Of a stretch of DNA of 64,000 nucleotides, positions 47,678-59,054 are shown one piece after another. How positions within the stretch are numbered: position 1 is the first letter of the stretch; each line of letters opens with the position of its first letter. Source of the stretch: Desulfatiglandales bacterium (lineage in GTDB: Bacteria > Desulfobacterota > DSM-4660 > Desulfatiglandales > Desulfatiglandaceae); the NCBI GenBank assembly GCA_963666345.1, contig OY762721.1, positions 256,001-320,000 of the forward strand, in the 5' to 3' direction. The translations under genes were made by a program, and so were the position numbers. Below the pieces are notes generated by a model. It made no database searches, was not told where the DNA came from, and saw only the letters and a list, made by a program, of their open reading frames with translations.

Positions 47678-48322
47678 TTATCCGTTGTTTTCCGCCAGGC
47701 CTGATAGTTCGGCTATCGATTTCATTATCCTTTCAAGAAAGAAATCAGGCGTCTCATCTTCATTCAGGTAAAGGGGCCTGCCGAAGTTTATTCTCACCGA
47801 TGTTCTCAACCATCCTTTGACATACCTCACACCCACGGGAATAAAGGGAGGTGCAATATGGGAAAGGATCAATCTTACCATTCCCACTTTTCCCGGCCCC
47901 ATGCACCTCTTGTAATAAGTACCTTCGGGAAAAAGGACGAGCCCCTCTCCCTCGGACAGGCAATTCAAAACCGCTTTAAGAAAACGTCTGGTCGCCAGAG
48001 GATTCTTTCTGTTGAGAGGTATTCCGCCAAGAGAGCTTATAAACCACATGGTAAAGGGATTTGAAAACAATTCATGTTTTGCGATATAATAGAGGGACCG
48101 GGGCGTGGCCAGACTCATCAATGGAATGTCTTCCCACCGCTGATGTTTGGGCAGCAGGACAAAGCCATCCCTTGTAGGCAGATTATCTATCCCCCTTATT
48201 TCCAGATGAAAGAAAAAAAAGAGGATCACCCTTCCGAGATATCTGGTGATGTTAAAAACCCGGCTACTTCTTTTTATCAGACCGGCGTTAAAGTTCTTTC
48301 TGGATGCTGACATAAGTTTCAT
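47678..48322 (-). CDS. plsC: 1-acyl-sn-glycerol-3-phosphate acyltransferase family
   Basis: KHQRWEDIP (HxxxxD), IAKHELF, GGIPLNR, LFPEGT. Confidence 0.85.
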   Translation of the reverse strand: MKLMSASRKNFNAGLIKRSSRVFNITRYLGRVILFFFFHLEIRGIDNLPTRDGFVLLPKHQRWEDIPLMSLATPRSLYYIAKHELFSNPFTMWFISSLGGIPLNRKNPLATRRFLKAVLNCLSEGEGLVLFPEGTYYKRCMGPGKVGMVRLILSHIAPPFIPVGVRYVKGWLRTSVRINFGRPLYLNEDETPDFFLERIMKSIAELSGLAENNG

Positions 48323-48563
48323 CCATAGATGGAATAGATACGGCTCTTGCCCCGATTCAGCAACCTAAAAGCGATTCAGGGACACCGGAGCGAATTTCCA
48401 CTTTTTCCCACCGGGGTTCACCCGGCATTTTGAATCCTGACGTGCTGCACGGCGCAAAAAGGAAATCCCGATTATCCGACCGCCCCGGAGATGCTCAATC
48501 CGTATTTATTTCATTATGCAAGACCCGACCCAGTAAGCCTGGTCGACAAAAACGGGCGCTGTC

Positions 48564-50390
48564 TTACTCCACTGTCACACTCTTTGCCAAATTTCTCGGC
48601 TTATCGATGTCCCTTCCCAGGAAACTTGCACAATAATAGGCAAGCAGCTGACATGGTATCACCGCCAGGATGGGATTCAAAAAATCGAGCGTGGCTGGTA
48701 TCTCTATAACGTCATCGGCTATATCCCTGATCTTATCATCCCCCTTGGTAACGATAGCGACAACAGGCCCTTTCCTGCTCTTTATCTCGTTTATGTTGCT
48801 TATCATCTTTTCGTACATGTCGTCCCTCGGCACGATCGCCACGGTAGGCATTTCAGGATTGATGAGTGCGATCGGACCATGTTTCATTTCGCCTGAAGCA
48901 TACCCTTCGGCATGTATGTATGATACCTCCTTGAGCTTCAGCGCTCCCTCGAGTGCAATCGGATAGTTGAATTTCCTGCCGATAAAGAGCCAGTTTCTCC
49001 GATTATAATATTTTTCCGCCACAGCCTCTATATGATTGGCCTGAGAAAGCACATCCCTCGCAAGCTCGGGAAGTTTCTGAAGAGACCTGATCGCCTCTAT
49101 CCCCTCTGTCAGAGAAAGGCTCTGATGTCTTCCAAGAAGCAGGGCCAGCAAGGTCAGAATAACGAGCTGCGATGTAAAGATCTTTGTGGAAGCCACACCG
49201 ATTTCTGGGCCGGCATGATTATAGATACCAGCCGCTGTCTCTCTTGAAATGGAGCTTCCGACCACATTGACTATACCCAGCAGACTCGCTCCTTTTCTTT
49301 TTGCCTCCCTTATGGCTGCAAGGGTATCAGCCGTTTCACCCGACTGGCTGAGAGCGATTATAAAGGTGTTGGGAGGAAAATTAAGTTTCCTGTATCGAAA
49401 CTCAGACGCCAGCTCGACCTCCACATCGATCTCCGTAAGCTTTTCAAACATACACCTGCCCACGCATCCGGCGTAATAGGAAGTCCCGCAGGCCACGATC
49501 ACGATATGTCTGCACTTCTTGAGCATATCCCAGGCAGGCTCTATCCCTCCAAGCCTCGGAACCCCCTCTCCCGGCTCCAATCTGCCTCTCATTGCGTTGT
49601 TTATCGTTTCAGGCTGTTCATATATCTCCTTGAGCATGAAATGGGGGAAACCGTTCAATTCCGCATCATCAGCCTTCCATTCCACTGTTTCGGCTATCCG
49701 CTGTATAGGTTTTGCCTGAGCCGTTGAGATTGAGAAATCATCCTTCGTAATATGGGCAATTTCGTTGTCCTGAAGGTGAACGACCTGATTCGTATGTCGC
49801 ACCATTGCGGACACGTCGGAAGCGGCGAGGTTACCCTCGGGGCTTATGCCCAGGATCAGGGGGCTTCCTCTCCTTGCCACTACGATCTCACCGGGAGCGT
49901 CGGCATGAAGAACGGCCATACCGAATGTCCCCTCCACCTGAGAAATCGCCTTTCTTACGGCCCCGCTCAAATCACCTTCGAAATTGAGGCCTATCAGATG
50001 TGCGAGGACCTCCGTGTCCGTGTCGGACGCAAACCGTATACCTTCTTTTGCAAGCCGTTTTTTTATGGACAGGTAGTTTTCAACGATTCCGTTATGTATG
50101 ACAAAAACCTTTTTATCAGAGTCAATCTGCGGGTGTGCGTTTTCCACCGTGGGCTCCCCGTGGGTTGCCCATCTGGTATGCGCTATACCAACCGTTCCTT
50201 TCATCTCGATACCGTTTATCTTGCCTTCCAGGGCGGATATCTTTCCGGTGGCCTTTTCACAAGCTATCCCTTCTTCTCCCTGTATGGCCAGTCCCGCCGA
50301 ATCGTATCCCCTGTATTCGAGCTGTTTCAATCCCTCTATAAGAATCGGTTTTGCCTGCTTGTAGCCTATGTAGCATACTATACCGCACAT
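48564..50390 (-). CDS. glmS: Glutamine-fructose-6-phosphate transaminase (isomerising)
   Basis: MCGIV, LEYRGYDSAG, HTRWATHG, SQSGETADT, VASTK, PRNLAKSVTVE. Confidence 0.98.
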   Translation of the reverse strand: MCGIVCYIGYKQAKPILIEGLKQLEYRGYDSAGLAIQGEEGIACEKATGKISALEGKINGIEMKGTVGIAHTRWATHGEPTVENAHPQIDSDKKVFVIHNGIVENYLSIKKRLAKEGIRFASDTDTEVLAHLIGLNFEGDLSGAVRKAISQVEGTFGMAVLHADAPGEIVVARRGSPLILGISPEGNLAASDVSAMVRHTNQVVHLQDNEIAHITKDDFSISTAQAKPIQRIAETVEWKADDAELNGFPHFMLKEIYEQPETINNAMRGRLEPGEGVPRLGGIEPAWDMLKKCRHIVIVACGTSYYAGCVGRCMFEKLTEIDVEVELASEFRYRKLNFPPNTFIIALSQSGETADTLAAIREAKRKGASLLGIVNVVGSSISRETAAGIYNHAGPEIGVASTKIFTSQLVILTLLALLLGRHQSLSLTEGIEAIRSLQKLPELARDVLSQANHIEAVAEKYYNRRNWLFIGRKFNYPIALEGALKLKEVSYIHAEGYASGEMKHGPIALINPEMPTVAIVPRDDMYEKMISNINEIKSRKGPVVAIVTKGDDKIRDIADDVIEIPATLDFLNPILAVIPCQLLAYYCASFLGRDIDKPRNLAKSVTVE

Positions 50391-50475
50391 AATTCATGCT
50401 CCTGTCCTGTTAAAAATCAAGTCTTTCCAGGATCCCAAATGAACCTGGTTATAAAACAAAGGGGTGCTCTCCGGG

Positions 50476-51810
50476 TCATGAAGCAAAATGGTAATGGATT
50501 ATCGCCCTTCCAAGTTCGTTCGCCCTTACTCCCAGTGTCTTTCCATGAACCCCCAGAACCGAGATACAGATACCGTCTTTTCCTTTCTCCGGGAGTGCAT
50601 AGGCGCTCAACCAGTCATACTTGTATCTGTCGTCCATATCGTTGATTGTTCCGGTTTTAGCGCCCAATTCAACCTTTCTGAACAATTTTTTTCTTAAAAG
50701 TCTCTTAAGGGACTTCCTGCACGTGCCGTAAATCACGGTGCCATTCATGAGGACCCTCATCTGAGCGGCGGTTTTTTCCTTCATTACCCTGCCAAGCGCT
50801 TTGGGGGAACCCCTGTAAACGGTATTGCCCGAGTCTTCACTGGCATCCTTAATGAACCATGGCCGCATCATCACACCCCGGTTAGCTACCGCCGAGGCCA
50901 AAAGCGCGGCATGAATAGGGCTTATCAATGTCTTCTTGTTAAATCCTGATGCAATCTCTGCGAGCCCGAATTCATCTTCCGGGACTGAAACGGTACTGAC
51001 ACCGATCTGAAGTTCAAAATCGATTGTCTTGTTAAATAAAAAGCGTTGCGCATAATCACCCATCAAGTCTTTTCCGAGATGGTAGGTCCCCAGTCTCCCG
51101 AATACCGGGTTAATGGATGAAGCAAACGCATTTCTGAGGCTCGTGGTTGTCGCATATCTTCCGGGGCTTTTTTTGAGCTGACTCTTATAAAGGGTATGCT
51201 TTCTGCCCGCATATGCGATCTTTTTTTCAGGAGTGAAACCGGCAGACTCAAGCGCTGCTGCGGCGGCAATGATCTTGAAAAGGCTGGCCGCCGGAAATTT
51301 CGACTGCAGGTATACGCCATTGCCCAGTCCTGTCTCGTCATAATCGGCCATTGCAAGGATCCGGCCGTCTTCCGGCCTTATGACGACCACTGCCGCTTTA
51401 TGAGTTTTGGATCGAGCCAAAAGGCCGTTTATGTAGTTCTGAAGCTTAGGATTTATTGTGGTCTCTAGATTTAGCTTTCTGCCCCCGATCCGGATTCCGA
51501 TCTTTTCCCATGGACCATGTCCTGCCAGCCCCGATTCTTTGAGCGCAGCTACTATGTGGGCGCGGGAAAGTTCCCCGGCAGAGTGTCTCCGGTCACTTTT
51601 TGGTTCATCTTTTATGGAAGGCTCTTCCTTCAGGTGACCTGAGATCCACAATCCGGAGATATAAAAAATGCAGAGAAGGATAAATCCTCCCGCGGAAACA
51701 AGCAGCAAAAACGGCAACCTCTTTAAGAGGTCTTTTTTCCTATCATTCCTCTTGATCCTTCTCTGGTAATCCCGCCAGCCGGCATATGAATGTATCTCTT
51801 TTCCTATCAT
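50476..51810 (-). CDS. Penicillin-binding transpeptidase-domain protein
   Basis: N-terminal TM helix; SxxK (ASLFK), SxN (SSIN), KTG. Confidence 0.88.
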   Translation of the reverse strand: MIGKEIHSYAGWRDYQRRIKRNDRKKDLLKRLPFLLLVSAGGFILLCIFYISGLWISGHLKEEPSIKDEPKSDRRHSAGELSRAHIVAALKESGLAGHGPWEKIGIRIGGRKLNLETTINPKLQNYINGLLARSKTHKAAVVVIRPEDGRILAMADYDETGLGNGVYLQSKFPAASLFKIIAAAAALESAGFTPEKKIAYAGRKHTLYKSQLKKSPGRYATTTSLRNAFASSINPVFGRLGTYHLGKDLMGDYAQRFLFNKTIDFELQIGVSTVSVPEDEFGLAEIASGFNKKTLISPIHAALLASAVANRGVMMRPWFIKDASEDSGNTVYRGSPKALGRVMKEKTAAQMRVLMNGTVIYGTCRKSLKRLLRKKLFRKVELGAKTGTINDMDDRYKYDWLSAYALPEKGKDGICISVLGVHGKTLGVRANELGRAIIHYHFAS

Positions 51811-53090
51811 CTTGTACCGGGCCGAATATAATCGATACCGCCCATATAAGGTCTCAATGCTTCGGGGATTTCAACGGTTCCGTCAGGCTGCTGGTAGTTT
51901 TCAAGTATCGCGACCAAGGTCCTGCCCACCGCAAGCCCGGATCCGTTAATGGTGTGAACCAATTCGGTTCCCTTGCCGCCCTTTTTCTTAAAACGGATTC
52001 CCGCCCGCCTTGCCTGAAAATCGACAAAGTTGCTGCAGGAAGATATCTCTCTGTACAGCCCCTGCCCCGGCAACCAGACCTCAAGGTCATAGGTCTTTGC
52101 CGAAGAAAACCCCAAATCACCGGTACAAAGGGTTACGACACGGTAGGGTAGACAGAGACGTTTCAATACCTGTTCAGCATTACCGGTAAGCCGTTCCAGC
52201 TCTTCGTAGGAGGACTCAGGATTACAAAACTTGACCAGTTCCACCTTATTAAACTGGTGTTGTCTTATAAGACCTCTAGTATCCTTTCCGTAAGACCCGG
52301 CCTCTGATCTGAAGCACGGGGTGTATGCCACATAGTATAAAGGCAGGTCATCATCTGAAAGGATCTCTTCCCTGTGGATGTTCGTTACGGGAACCTCTGC
52401 TGTAGGGATCAGAAAAAGGTCCCATCCGTCTATCTTGAAAAGGTCTTCCTTGAACTTGGGAAGTTGACCTGTTCCGGTCATGGATGCCGAATTCACAAGA
52501 AACGGGGGAAGAACCTCAAGATAGCCATGTTCCCCGGTATGCAAATCAAGCATGAAATTAATAAGAGCCCTCTCAAGTTTTGCTCCCATCCCTCGGTATA
52601 ATGCAAATCTTGCCCCTGCAAGTTTTGCTGCACAGGAAAAATCAAGGATCCCCAGATTTTCACCGATCTCCCAGTGAGGCAGCGGCTCGAAATTCATCTC
52701 CCTGATCTCCCCCCAGGTCCGTATCACGGGATTATCTTCATCCCCCTTTCCGACCGGAACCGAATCATCAGGCATATTGGGTATAATCATCAAGAGACTT
52801 TCAAGCTCGGCAATACATTGAGACAGTTCTTTCTCCTTTTCCTTGATCAGGGATGAGACCTCCTTCATTTCAGAGATTACAGAAGAGGCGTCCTGGCCCG
52901 ACTTTTTCATTGAGGCGATCTGTTCGTTCACCTTGTTTCTTCGATGCCGCAGATCCTCAAGAAAGGAAAGCCCGTCACGCCTCTGTTTGTCCAGAGACTC
53001 AAATCCCGAGAGATCCAAATCGTAGTTTCTGTTTTTTACCATATTTTTGATGCCATCCAGATTGGATCTGGCGAATTTAAGATCAAGCAT
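51807..53090 (-). CDS. serS: Serine-tRNA ligase
   Basis: MLD, coiled-coil arm, [45 protein letters not shown]. Confidence 0.98.
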   Translation of the reverse strand: MLDLKFARSNLDGIKNMVKNRNYDLDLSGFESLDKQRRDGLSFLEDLRHRRNKVNEQIASMKKSGQDASSVISEMKEVSSLIKEKEKELSQCIAELESLLMIIPNMPDDSVPVGKGDEDNPVIRTWGEIREMNFEPLPHWEIGENLGILDFSCAAKLAGARFALYRGMGAKLERALINFMLDLHTGEHGYLEVLPPFLVNSASMTGTGQLPKFKEDLFKIDGWDLFLIPTAEVPVTNIHREEILSDDDLPLYYVAYTPCFRSEAGSYGKDTRGLIRQHQFNKVELVKFCNPESSYEELERLTGNAEQVLKRLCLPYRVVTLCTGDLGFSSAKTYDLEVWLPGQGLYREISSCSNFVDFQARRAGIRFKKKGGKGTELVHTINGSGLAVGRTLVAILENYQQPDGTVEIPEALRPYMGGIDYIRPGTR

Positions 53091-53540
53091 ACACTTCTCC
53101 TTGCAATGTTTATGATTTCAACCGGACCCAGCAGCTTCAAAAGGCTTCCCCGAATCCGCCGGTTGTTCCGGATCGTCCTCATTTTGTCGCGCGCTTCCGG
53201 GCATATCATTTTACCTGATAAAAGAATCCGGAGAGATGCCGATACAGTTCGATCGTCATGAACCATACAGGGATTCGCCATATCTTTCAATAGTAGATAT
53301 CAATTTTATATCCGATCCGCACCCCGAATCCACCGTCTAATTCAAATAGGCACGAAGATAAAAGGATTTTGTGCACCTGGGCTCACGCTGCCCCTTTTCT
53401 TCAATCCTATCTGTAAATGGCCTCTCCTTCTTAAAAAACCCTTTGATGTTTCAATTTCAAGCCAATATAATGATACAGGAAATCGGTTCAAATTAGATAA
53501 AAGAGTCAAAAAGACCTTAAGCAGGAGGTAACTCCAGGGC

Positions 53541-54596
53541 ATGTCCTTTCTTTTTGTCGGCTCCACAGGGGACAATGCGGGCCAGAGCCTTTTTACCTGG
53601 GCCCTTGCAAAAAGATTCACGCAAAAAGGTGCCTCGGTGGGCTTTTTAAAGCCCTTTGGTTCCAACCGGGTGAAAATCGACGGCCGATGGGTGGATCGGG
53701 ACGCCATCCTGTTCAAAGACTTCCTCAACCTTGATGTCCCCCTTGATACTCTATGTCCCCACCCTTTCGTTGAAGACGATATCAAAGAACCTCAAAAGAT
53801 CCTTGAACGGATAGAGGCTGTGGCTCATGAGCTGTCTGTTGAAAAAGACATTATCCTTGTCATGGGTTGTTCGCATATTTTTTTCGATAAAAACATGAAT
53901 AATGTGAACGACATATCGATAGTCAATAGGCTCAATGCCGACTTCATCCTTGTCAACAGATATTACAGTGTCTCAAGCTCCCTTTACTCAATATTTTCCG
54001 TTTGTTCAATGCTGGAGAGGACCAGCGGCATATTGATCAACAGGGTACCGGAAGCGGACATGAGAGAGGTGGAGGAAAAAATGGCACCTCTTCTCAAGGC
54101 CAAAGGTCTTCCGGTCACGGCGGTCGTGCCGGAGAAGGCGGCCCTGTCACTTCTTTCCGTTGAAGAGATAAGAAGGCGTCTGGCAGGTGAGATATTGTCC
54201 GGAAAAGGAAAACTGGAAGGGCCTGTCACAGGCATGACCGTGGGATCATCCGACCTTTCAGACGAACTGCGCATTTTCAAAAGGGTCTATAACAAAATCA
54301 TACTGCTGGGCCCGCACGATAAGGCTCTCGGCGTTGGCAACAGCCATGTCACTCGCCCCATTGCCGGGATTGTAATTACAGGGGGGATAAAACCGGCCCA
54401 AAAGATATCCGACCTGGCGGAGAAAAACGCCATACCTCTGATTCTTGCAAATAACGATACATTTTCAGCACTTAACCTCCTCGATAAAACCTCATCATCT
54501 CTGTCTGCAAAGGACGAATCAAAGCTGGATCATTTTATTGAACTTCTGGATAAAACAGAAGCCTTTGAAAATCTCCTGCACCTCCCGATCGTTTGA
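53541..54596 (+). CDS. AAA_26/BioD-like plus DRTGG-like domain protein (Pta N-terminal-like)
   Basis: FVGST...G.S..T..LA, GFLKPFG, GILINRV, GIVITGG...IPLIL...DTF; no Pta catalytic domain. Confidence 0.75.
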   Translation: MSFLFVGSTGDNAGQSLFTWALAKRFTQKGASVGFLKPFGSNRVKIDGRWVDRDAILFKDFLNLDVPLDTLCPHPFVEDDIKEPQKILERIEAVAHELSVEKDIILVMGCSHIFFDKNMNNVNDISIVNRLNADFILVNRYYSVSSSLYSIFSVCSMLERTSGILINRVPEADMREVEEKMAPLLKAKGLPVTAVVPEKAALSLLSVEEIRRRLAGEILSGKGKLEGPVTGMTVGSSDLSDELRIFKRVYNKIILLGPHDKALGVGNSHVTRPIAGIVITGGIKPAQKISDLAEKNAIPLILANNDTFSALNLLDKTSSSLSAKDESKLDHFIELLDKTEAFENLLHLPIV

Positions 54597-54652
54597 AGTT
54601 CATCAGACAGGGTAAAGAATCTCCAATCTAAACCGGAGAACGACCTTCCCGT

Positions 54653-55018
54653 TCAACCTATCGTATCTGTTATTATTGAAAGGAGCTTTTCAGGAGAAAT
54701 CGGTTTTGAAAGGAAGAGGTTTGCGCCCACATCCAGACCGAGTGCCCTGTCCTCTTCCCTGCTTTTGGCCGTAAGGAAAACAATCGGAGTATCTCCGCAC
54801 TCATCCTTTTCCCTTATTCTTCTGCATAGCTCAAATCCATCCATCTCCGGCATTATTATATCCAGCATCAAAAGATCGTATCCCTTCTTCTGCAGCTTTT
54901 CCAACGCCTCGACTCCACTCTTCACGGTCTGGACATCATAACCCTCCGGCTTCAGTAGTTCATCAAGGGCCATGAGGACCATTTCATCGTCATCAACAAT
55001 CAATATGCTTTTTGCCAT
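54653..55018 (-). CDS. Single-domain response regulator
   Basis: LIVDDD, MLDIIMP.MDG, FLTA, FLSKP. Confidence 0.93.
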   Translation of the reverse strand: MAKSILIVDDDEMVLMALDELLKPEGYDVQTVKSGVEALEKLQKKGYDLLMLDIIMPEMDGFELCRRIREKDECGDTPIVFLTAKSREEDRALGLDVGANLFLSKPISPEKLLSIITDTIG

Positions 55019-55019
55019 C

Positions 55020-57830
55020 TTAATACTCCTTTTCTTCTCTTTTGGCCGGAATAATGACTATAACCTCCGTACCCTTGCCTTTCCGGCTCTTTATCTCGAT
55101 TCTGCCGCCATGAGCCTCAATGATACCGTAACACAGCGACAGCCCCAGACCGGTACCCTTTCCGACAGGTTTGGTGCTGAAAAACGGTTCGAACAACTTA
55201 TGAAAATTCTCTTTGTCAATTCCGATTCCGGTATCTTTGAAAGAAACCGCTATCAATGTGGCATCATCCTCTTTTATCGAGTAACTCCTTATGTTAAGCC
55301 CCCTTTCCCCTTTTATTTCATCCATCGCATCCCTTGCGTTTGAAATGAGGTTCAGGAATACCTGTTCAAGCTGATTCGAATCCGCCATTATTACAGGCAG
55401 GTCACCGGAAAGGTCTTTTACCACCGAGATGCTGTGATTTATCAACTGCTGCCCTGTTATAAGAAGCGCCTTTTCTACCGGCACATTAATATCCAGTTCC
55501 TGAAATAACGGCTTTGTCTGTCTTGAAAACTCCCTGAGGTGTTCAACTATCTTTTCTATGCGGTCATTGCACTCCTTTATCAGCTCAAGCCTTTCTCGGT
55601 CGCCGGATTCAAGGAGGCTGTTTTTCAATATTACATAAAGGATGGTCTTTGACGCCATCAGAGGGTTGTTCAGTTCATGGGCGACTCCTGCGACAAGCTC
55701 TCCAAGCGCCCTCATCCTCGAGGCCTCAAAAAGCCTGACCTGCGCAGCCTTTAATTTTTGTTCAAGTATGGTCTTTTCGGTAATATCCTTGAATATTCCC
55801 GCAGTACCTATCAGCTGGTTGTCTTCATCTCTCAACTGGAAAAGGGATGTCAATATGGAAACGATGCCGCCGTCCTTTTTATTGACCTGCATTTCATAAT
55901 TCTCAGCCCTCTCGGCAGCCTTCAGATAGGTCACTATATCCCTTGCCTCATCCATGCCCCTTGTATAGATATACGATACATGCCTGCCCAGGACCTCCTT
56001 GCGGCTGAAACCGAGTATCTCTTCCATTGCCCGATTCATATATGTGATATTTCCCTTTAGATCGGCGGTCACGATCCCGTCCACAGAGCTTTCCATTATA
56101 TTTTCCAGGAATTCCTTGGTCTCTCTCAACTCCCTTTCAAGACCCTTCCGCTGAGTAAGGTCCCTGTCTATCTCTACAAATCCGGTAGTCTTGCCTGTAC
56201 GGTCCTTTATGGCTGTAATGGTCGTATGAGCGGGGAAATATTCACCATCCTTTCTCACCCTGACCATTTCCTGCTCGCATAACCCCTCGTGCCTGGTGCT
56301 TGCCGACATCTCTGCCTGAACTCCGCGCGCGACCTCTTCAGGCAGGATGGTTATAGCAATATTTTCTTTTCCGAGAAGTTCCTCCTTTTTCCACCCATAG
56401 ATCTTTTCAGCACCCTTGTTGAATTCGATTATCTTTCCATAAAAGTCCAAGGCTATTATGGCATATTCGGTGGCGCTGTCCAGGATGCTGTTGAGGAAAC
56501 GGGAAAGGTCCCTGTATTTTTCCCTTGATTCCTTCAGCTCCTGGGTCCTGTCCTCGACAATCCTTTCAAGATCCGACGTATAATGCTGAATCTGGGAGAT
56601 CATCCTGTTGAAAGACCTGCCCAGCATCCCTATCTCATCCTCACTTCGAACCTTGACACGCAGGGAAAGATCTCCACCAGCCATCCTGGTGGTTACTTCG
56701 GTCAAATCCTGTATCGGTCCTGTAAGGACCTTGGAGACCGTCACGGTCAAAAGCACAACAAGGACCAGAGAGGCCATGCCTACGAGAAAGATAAACTGCT
56801 CCGTTTCATAGAGGGAGTGATAGATCTCCTCTTCGTATGTGCCTGCGGCGATTATCCAGTCCCATGGTCTGAAATAGGTATATTTGTTTATCTTCTGTCT
56901 CGCCCCTTTTTCACCCAGTTCAGGATTTACCCATGGATACCTTATCGTACCCACTTCACCGTCAAGGAGCGACCTGGAATCCTCTACAACCGCCTTGATA
57001 TATTCAAAGCCTGAAGAATCCCTCGATTCAAGGATGGAATCGCCCTCTTTGGCCGGGTGGACCTTCAGGATGCCCTTGCTGTCCATTATGTACACATAGC
57101 CTGTCTCACCCACCCGTATCTGCTTTATCTCTTCTTTGAGCGAGTGAGCGCTCTGCTCCTTAACTCCCACGTAAAGGGCACCTATGACTTCCCCCTTGCT
57201 GTTTTTGATCGGTTCATAAGCCGCTATATACCAGTCATCCACGACAAACGCCCTTCCACGGTAAGGATACCCTTTCACGATTGCTCTTGCCACAGGACTT
57301 TCTCGGGGGATATAGGTTCCGATCCCTCTTTTACCCTCCTTGTCTATTACATTTGTCGATATTCTCAGAAGACAATCATCTTCTATCCGCTGAAATACGG
57401 TGCATGTTCCTCCGACAAGTCTCTGTACCTCGTCGACAAATGCATCGCTTTTCGTAATCTTCAGACCGCCCAGATTCCAGGCCGGCACCATAACCTTATG
57501 GGACTTCTTGGAAAACTGATTCACCGCATTGAAGCTGACCATTTCATTAATATCTATCTGAATTTCACTGCCGCGGAGAGATAAGAGTTCTTTTGCGACA
57601 TTGAGGTCGGAGATTACCTTTTTTTGAATCATCTCCTGCTGAATCTTACACATGGAATAGATATTTCTTACCAGATGCTCGAGGTTTTCTTCCGAAGTAC
57701 GCCTCAGGGCCTTGCCGAAGCGGTTCATGGATAGATGGGCGACGCAAAGGAGTGGAAGCAGGACCACAAGGATGGTCACACTTATCACTTTTGCTCTAAT
57801 TCTCCAGTTGCGGAGGGGGGGAATAATCAT
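55020..57830 (-). CDS. Cache-HAMP-PAS-PAS sensor histidine kinase
   Basis: Two TM helices around Cache-like domains (GGTCTVFQR, GETGYVYI, YPW), HAMP (DEIG.L..SFN.M), two [21 protein letters not shown]. Confidence 0.93.
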   Translation of the reverse strand: MIIPPLRNWRIRAKVISVTILVVLLPLLCVAHLSMNRFGKALRRTSEENLEHLVRNIYSMCKIQQEMIQKKVISDLNVAKELLSLRGSEIQIDINEMVSFNAVNQFSKKSHKVMVPAWNLGGLKITKSDAFVDEVQRLVGGTCTVFQRIEDDCLLRISTNVIDKEGKRGIGTYIPRESPVARAIVKGYPYRGRAFVVDDWYIAAYEPIKNSKGEVIGALYVGVKEQSAHSLKEEIKQIRVGETGYVYIMDSKGILKVHPAKEGDSILESRDSSGFEYIKAVVEDSRSLLDGEVGTIRYPWVNPELGEKGARQKINKYTYFRPWDWIIAAGTYEEEIYHSLYETEQFIFLVGMASLVLVVLLTVTVSKVLTGPIQDLTEVTTRMAGGDLSLRVKVRSEDEIGMLGRSFNRMISQIQHYTSDLERIVEDRTQELKESREKYRDLSRFLNSILDSATEYAIIALDFYGKIIEFNKGAEKIYGWKKEELLGKENIAITILPEEVARGVQAEMSASTRHEGLCEQEMVRVRKDGEYFPAHTTITAIKDRTGKTTGFVEIDRDLTQRKGLERELRETKEFLENIMESSVDGIVTADLKGNITYMNRAMEEILGFSRKEVLGRHVSYIYTRGMDEARDIVTYLKAAERAENYEMQVNKKDGGIVSILTSLFQLRDEDNQLIGTAGIFKDITEKTILEQKLKAAQVRLFEASRMRALGELVAGVAHELNNPLMASKTILYVILKNSLLESGDRERLELIKECNDRIEKIVEHLREFSRQTKPLFQELDINVPVEKALLITGQQLINHSISVVKDLSGDLPVIMADSNQLEQVFLNLISNARDAMDEIKGERGLNIRSYSIKEDDATLIAVSFKDTGIGIDKENFHKLFEPFFSTKPVGKGTGLGLSLCYGIIEAHGGRIEIKSRKGKGTEVIVIIPAKREEKEY

Positions 57831-57977
57831 TTCATCAAGGGGAAAATCCCGCTGCCGATTAAAGAGTCTGTTTTAAGCGCAATTCCGCCCTAGACAGGGC
57901 AGTTGAACCTTTTGTAAAACACCTGTTATTAAAACACATGCGGACCCTTATGCAAAGCTTTATCTTAAATACCGAAA

Positions 57978-58784
57978 TCAGAATACCGGATCGGGAAAGG
58001 TTACCATCGCTCTGGGCTTATCAACCATGCGATACATCACAGGTGACACCCAACCATCTTCCAGGACTTCATCTTCCAACTGTTCAAGGATCTGATCATG
58101 GATGGCCCAACTCCTCCCTCTCACGGTTTGGGCAAATTGGGGCATCCTGAAAGGAGATCCCCCATCAAGCCTGTTGTGGAGTTTTCCACCCGGCTGAAAC
58201 AATTCGTTGATCTTCATCATCTGGGGGTAGCCGCTCAAATAACCGAATCCATATCTTTCATAGACAATGGCATTGTGGTAGAATAAGGCCTCAAGCCTGA
58301 TGCTCTTGATGTCGAACATTCTGCAGAACGATTCCAATACGTTTATGACCTCGCCGGTGATCCTCAATCCCTTTCTGGTCTGGCCGGGGCAGAGCCCCTG
58401 TTCCATCGCCCTTTGCTCTTCAGCAATGTTCCTGGAAGCCCATCCGAACATGGTGTCCCTCCCCTCCTCGTCCACATTTGTATTATACCTTTCTGATCCA
58501 GGATCATTTACGATAAGGAAATCCCAGTCGATCCGGGTAATATCCGAGGTATCTGAAATCTGTATTGAATATAAAGGATCTTCCATCGCCTTAAGGGAGA
58601 TTTCTACCAGGCAGGTACTGTCTCCGTGGGGAGAAAAGAATCTGACCACCTTTTCCCCTGTTATATCGCGGAGGCTCACCGGATCGATCGAAAACCGGCG
58701 GTAAAGGGACGGGGGAAGCAGGATCCTGTAGATACCCAGCTTATCAGACAAGGAACTTCGGCTTATTCTATTTATCCATGCCAT
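57978..58784 (-). CDS. Hypothetical protein with GNAT-like motifs
   Basis: 268 aa; PGQTRKGLR and ALFYHNAIVYERYGF; divergent from the AcuC-like gene. Confidence 0.7.
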   Translation of the reverse strand: MAWINRISRSSLSDKLGIYRILLPPSLYRRFSIDPVSLRDITGEKVVRFFSPHGDSTCLVEISLKAMEDPLYSIQISDTSDITRIDWDFLIVNDPGSERYNTNVDEEGRDTMFGWASRNIAEEQRAMEQGLCPGQTRKGLRITGEVINVLESFCRMFDIKSIRLEALFYHNAIVYERYGFGYLSGYPQMMKINELFQPGGKLHNRLDGGSPFRMPQFAQTVRGRSWAIHDQILEQLEDEVLEDGWVSPVMYRMVDKPRAMVTFPDPVF

Positions 58785-59054
58785 CTTTGGTCCGCTCCCT
58801 TTCTATTTTCATTAAACGATTTCCCGAATTATGTCAAAAGAAAGAATTTATGCAAATATCAACCAATAAGAAACGATATTTTCTATTGACCTCTAATATA
58901 GCCCTCTGTTAATCTTGCATGCATTAAAATTTATCATAAATAATAATCAGTTCTGTTTATAGCACAATCAATGAGACAGTGAGCATCCACCATAAAATGA
59001 ACGGGTAAGCGGAAACAGCCTGTACAGCAAAAGGCGGTAAAGGGGGTATCGGCA

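Noticed and set aside
50391..50475. glmS ribozyme
   Set aside because: The gap is only 85 nt and no ribozyme core is recognisable.
51807..53090. serS as a dedicated part of a selenium cluster
   Set aside because: SerRS does charge tRNA-Sec, but this looks like the housekeeping gene in a serS-pbp-glmS run and no sel genes are adjacent.
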